A stretch of DNA of 64,000 bases from Malacoraja senta (taxonomy: Eukaryota). The DNA lies in the NCBI GenBank assembly GCA_038087875.1, contig CM075977.1:305970001-306034000 (forward strand). Direction: 5' to 3'. The translations under genes and the position numbers were made by a program. The notes under the pieces were generated by a model. It was not told where the DNA came from. It saw only the letters and a program-made list of their open reading frames with translations, and searched no databases. Of the stretch, positions 61,861 through 64,000 are shown in pieces; the first letter of the stretch is position 1, and each line of letters starts with the position of its first letter.

Positions 61861-62869
61861 GCCTGAAACCTCACAGCACTTGGTTCGGAAACAGCTATTG
61901 ATCCGACCCACACAACCTTAATCCCCCACCTCAGCAATGGAATACTATGGATCACCTCTTGCATTACTTTGAACTTGTTTTCTGAGTGTTTTTGCACTGT
62001 TTTGTTTTGCAGTCTTTCCTTTCATTGTCATGTATAATTTATTTTTAACTTGTGTAATTTTGTGTTCTGTGTATTGTCCGACTCCAAGCACCTACAGTGC
62101 TGCTACAACCAAGCTTTTCTTTGTGGCTATACCTCATCATATTTGTGCATTTGACAATAATTTTCTATGATCTATCTCTCAAGTAATATTTATCCATCTG
62201 CTAACATCACATAGATAATTATCTGGTGTTGTTTGTGAGAGCTAGCCGAGTGCAAATTGGCTGCTGGATTTGGTACTTTAGCTGACAAATGGACAAAACA
62301 AGTGTATCCCAGAATCACAAGTAGACTGTAGTTCTTGCAAAATGCTGATAAAAAGTTAGGAAATGTATAAATACTGCATTGTCTACTGGCAATGTTTTTT
62401 ATGATAGCATTTTATCAATGTTTTTTCAGTCATGGGAACTATTAAAACAACAAATTATGTAATACACAAATGAGAATGATTGAATCAATGTAATGAGACT
62501 TTGGATTATTAAACATTAACAGATAAGATAATGCCAGAAATGGGTGCAACTGCTTAGAAACTACTTCAAACCTAAAAGGATATCTGTTGTCCTAGAAATA
62601 TTATTTGTGGGCCAATGCCTCACACATTTTCACAAACCTATTACAACAAATCAGTTACAAAAATATATCAAATGTATACAGCAATGGCTTCATAGCAGCT
62701 TCATATTCTAAAGTCAATAATAGTAATTTATACCAGTTAATCACACCAGATTTTCAGATAAGCAAGCTAACAATGTTTTCAAACGCCTACAGAATTAGCC
62801 TTCATACAATAATATTTCTCATATTTAAGCCATTAAAAGTTATGATAAAGGAAGAAATTTAAATCTCAC

Positions 62870-63139
62870 CTGACTACTCTCTATTTCAGATTCTCCTCTG
62901 ATATCTCCAAGTAAGACCTGATCACTTTGCAACGAATCTTTGTTTATTATAGATGCAAACAAATCTCCTCCTGAAGCAGCAAACTTGGTTTCTTGTCTCT
63001 GTGGATTTAAATCAGGATCCTTGCTTTTGTTGCTATTGATCTGCTGCTGAAGAAAGTTGAATGGCTTTCTGTTTTCAACAGGTGGACGTTTGTTGTTTGC
63101 AGCCATGGCTCTGCCATGAGAATCACTCCCAATGCTCCT
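62870..63139 (-). CDS. PCM1: PCM1 exon (RSIGSDSHGRAMAANNKRPPVENRKPFNFL...GESEIESSQ); upstream exons lie beyond the window
   Basis: 270 nt, AG/GTGAG boundaries, motifs RSIGSDS.GRA.AANNKR and RKPFNFL. Confidence 0.96.
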
Positions 63140-64000
63140 CTAATCAAACATCACAATGTTTAGTGTAAGGAATACTCATGCATTGTTGTGCTCAGATCAA
63201 TTCATTTAGAAAAGTGACATTCCATTACTTTGATCAATCAATGTCCTGGACAATTTGTGAGAGAATAAACCTAAGTTTGCAAAATCCTAGTACCTCAATA
63301 ATTAAGAAATAATCTAGTTTTAAATACATTAAAAATCAGGTACTCTCCTATAAAAGAGACAAACATTTACATGGCTACCTTTCCCGCTCAAATCTGACAT
63401 TGTATGTAGGGGAAAAAATTGTAATTTCTCTTGTCACTTCCTAAATCTCTGTATGTGGACTGTTGGTCAGACTGCAGCAAAATACTCAAGATCAAAGTTT
63501 AGAAATATACAAACACTATTTTATTCACTGCGCAGATTATGAAAATGATCTGGAGGCCAAAAAAAGAGTAGGCTCCTCTGGAACTTTATGTTGACAGTAT
63601 GTTTCTGCATTTGTACACTATTGCATTTGTACACTACTGCATTCTGCATTTGTACACTACGTTACAGCTTGATTTTTCCATAATCTAAAATGTCTTGAAC
63701 ATCAGAACCAAGGTTCAACTATGTATAGGTTCAATTAAGTTCTATCATGAACTAATTTTTAAAATGTACCATAACGATAAGGGTGATCTCTGTAACACAG
63801 GCTACCAAAAACACAAAGCTGAAAGGACAGACAGTCTGGGTGTAAGAGGCTATTGGCTAAAGCTGAAGTTCAGAGAAATTATTTAATGTTTTGGTTTTGT
63901 CAAAAATCAGCAAGAGACAAAATATAACTAATGAGCTATCAGTGCAAGTGGTAAGATTTGTAGTAAACACATGTGGTGCTTGCAAGGAGCTATTTGATTT

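Noticed and set aside
63605-63662. Short tandem GCATTTGTACACTA repeats
   Set aside because: Ordinary three-copy slippage duplication.

Overview
Eukaryotic, repeat-rich vertebrate genomic DNA. The repeat set (HE1-like tRNA SINEs, CR1 LINEs, Penelope-type fragments, Helitrons) suggests a cartilaginous fish, probably a skate or ray; this is inference. There are two spliced host genes, both on the minus strand. FRG1 is complete: 9 coding exons, 36260 to 8184, 771 nt, 256 aa, all GT-AG introns. PCM1 is present only as an internal 5' portion: 7 exons, 63139 to 46741, including two in-frame cassette-type exons. PCM1 stops before a 200-N scaffold gap (41511-41710), and its downstream exons do not appear beyond the gap, so the left contig may be mis-oriented. 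The rest is mostly transposable elements: CR1, Rex1/Babar, Vingi, an L1-type 3' end, an L2-tailed non-coding retroposon, three Tc1 copies, a hAT MITE, four Helitrons (two nested), a Gypsy gag relic and a 4.2-kb DIRS element with near-perfect ITR/ICR termini but an eroded coding region. The most unusual structures are: a 1.8-kb Harbinger-ended foldback composite carrying a copy of its own flank; a Vingi insertion with a twin-priming-like 5' inversion inside a nest of four elements; hammerhead-ribozyme-like cores in Penelope-type repeats; and a CCAAT/GC-box minisatellite directly upstream of the FRG1 ATG. I found no clear novel protein-coding system.
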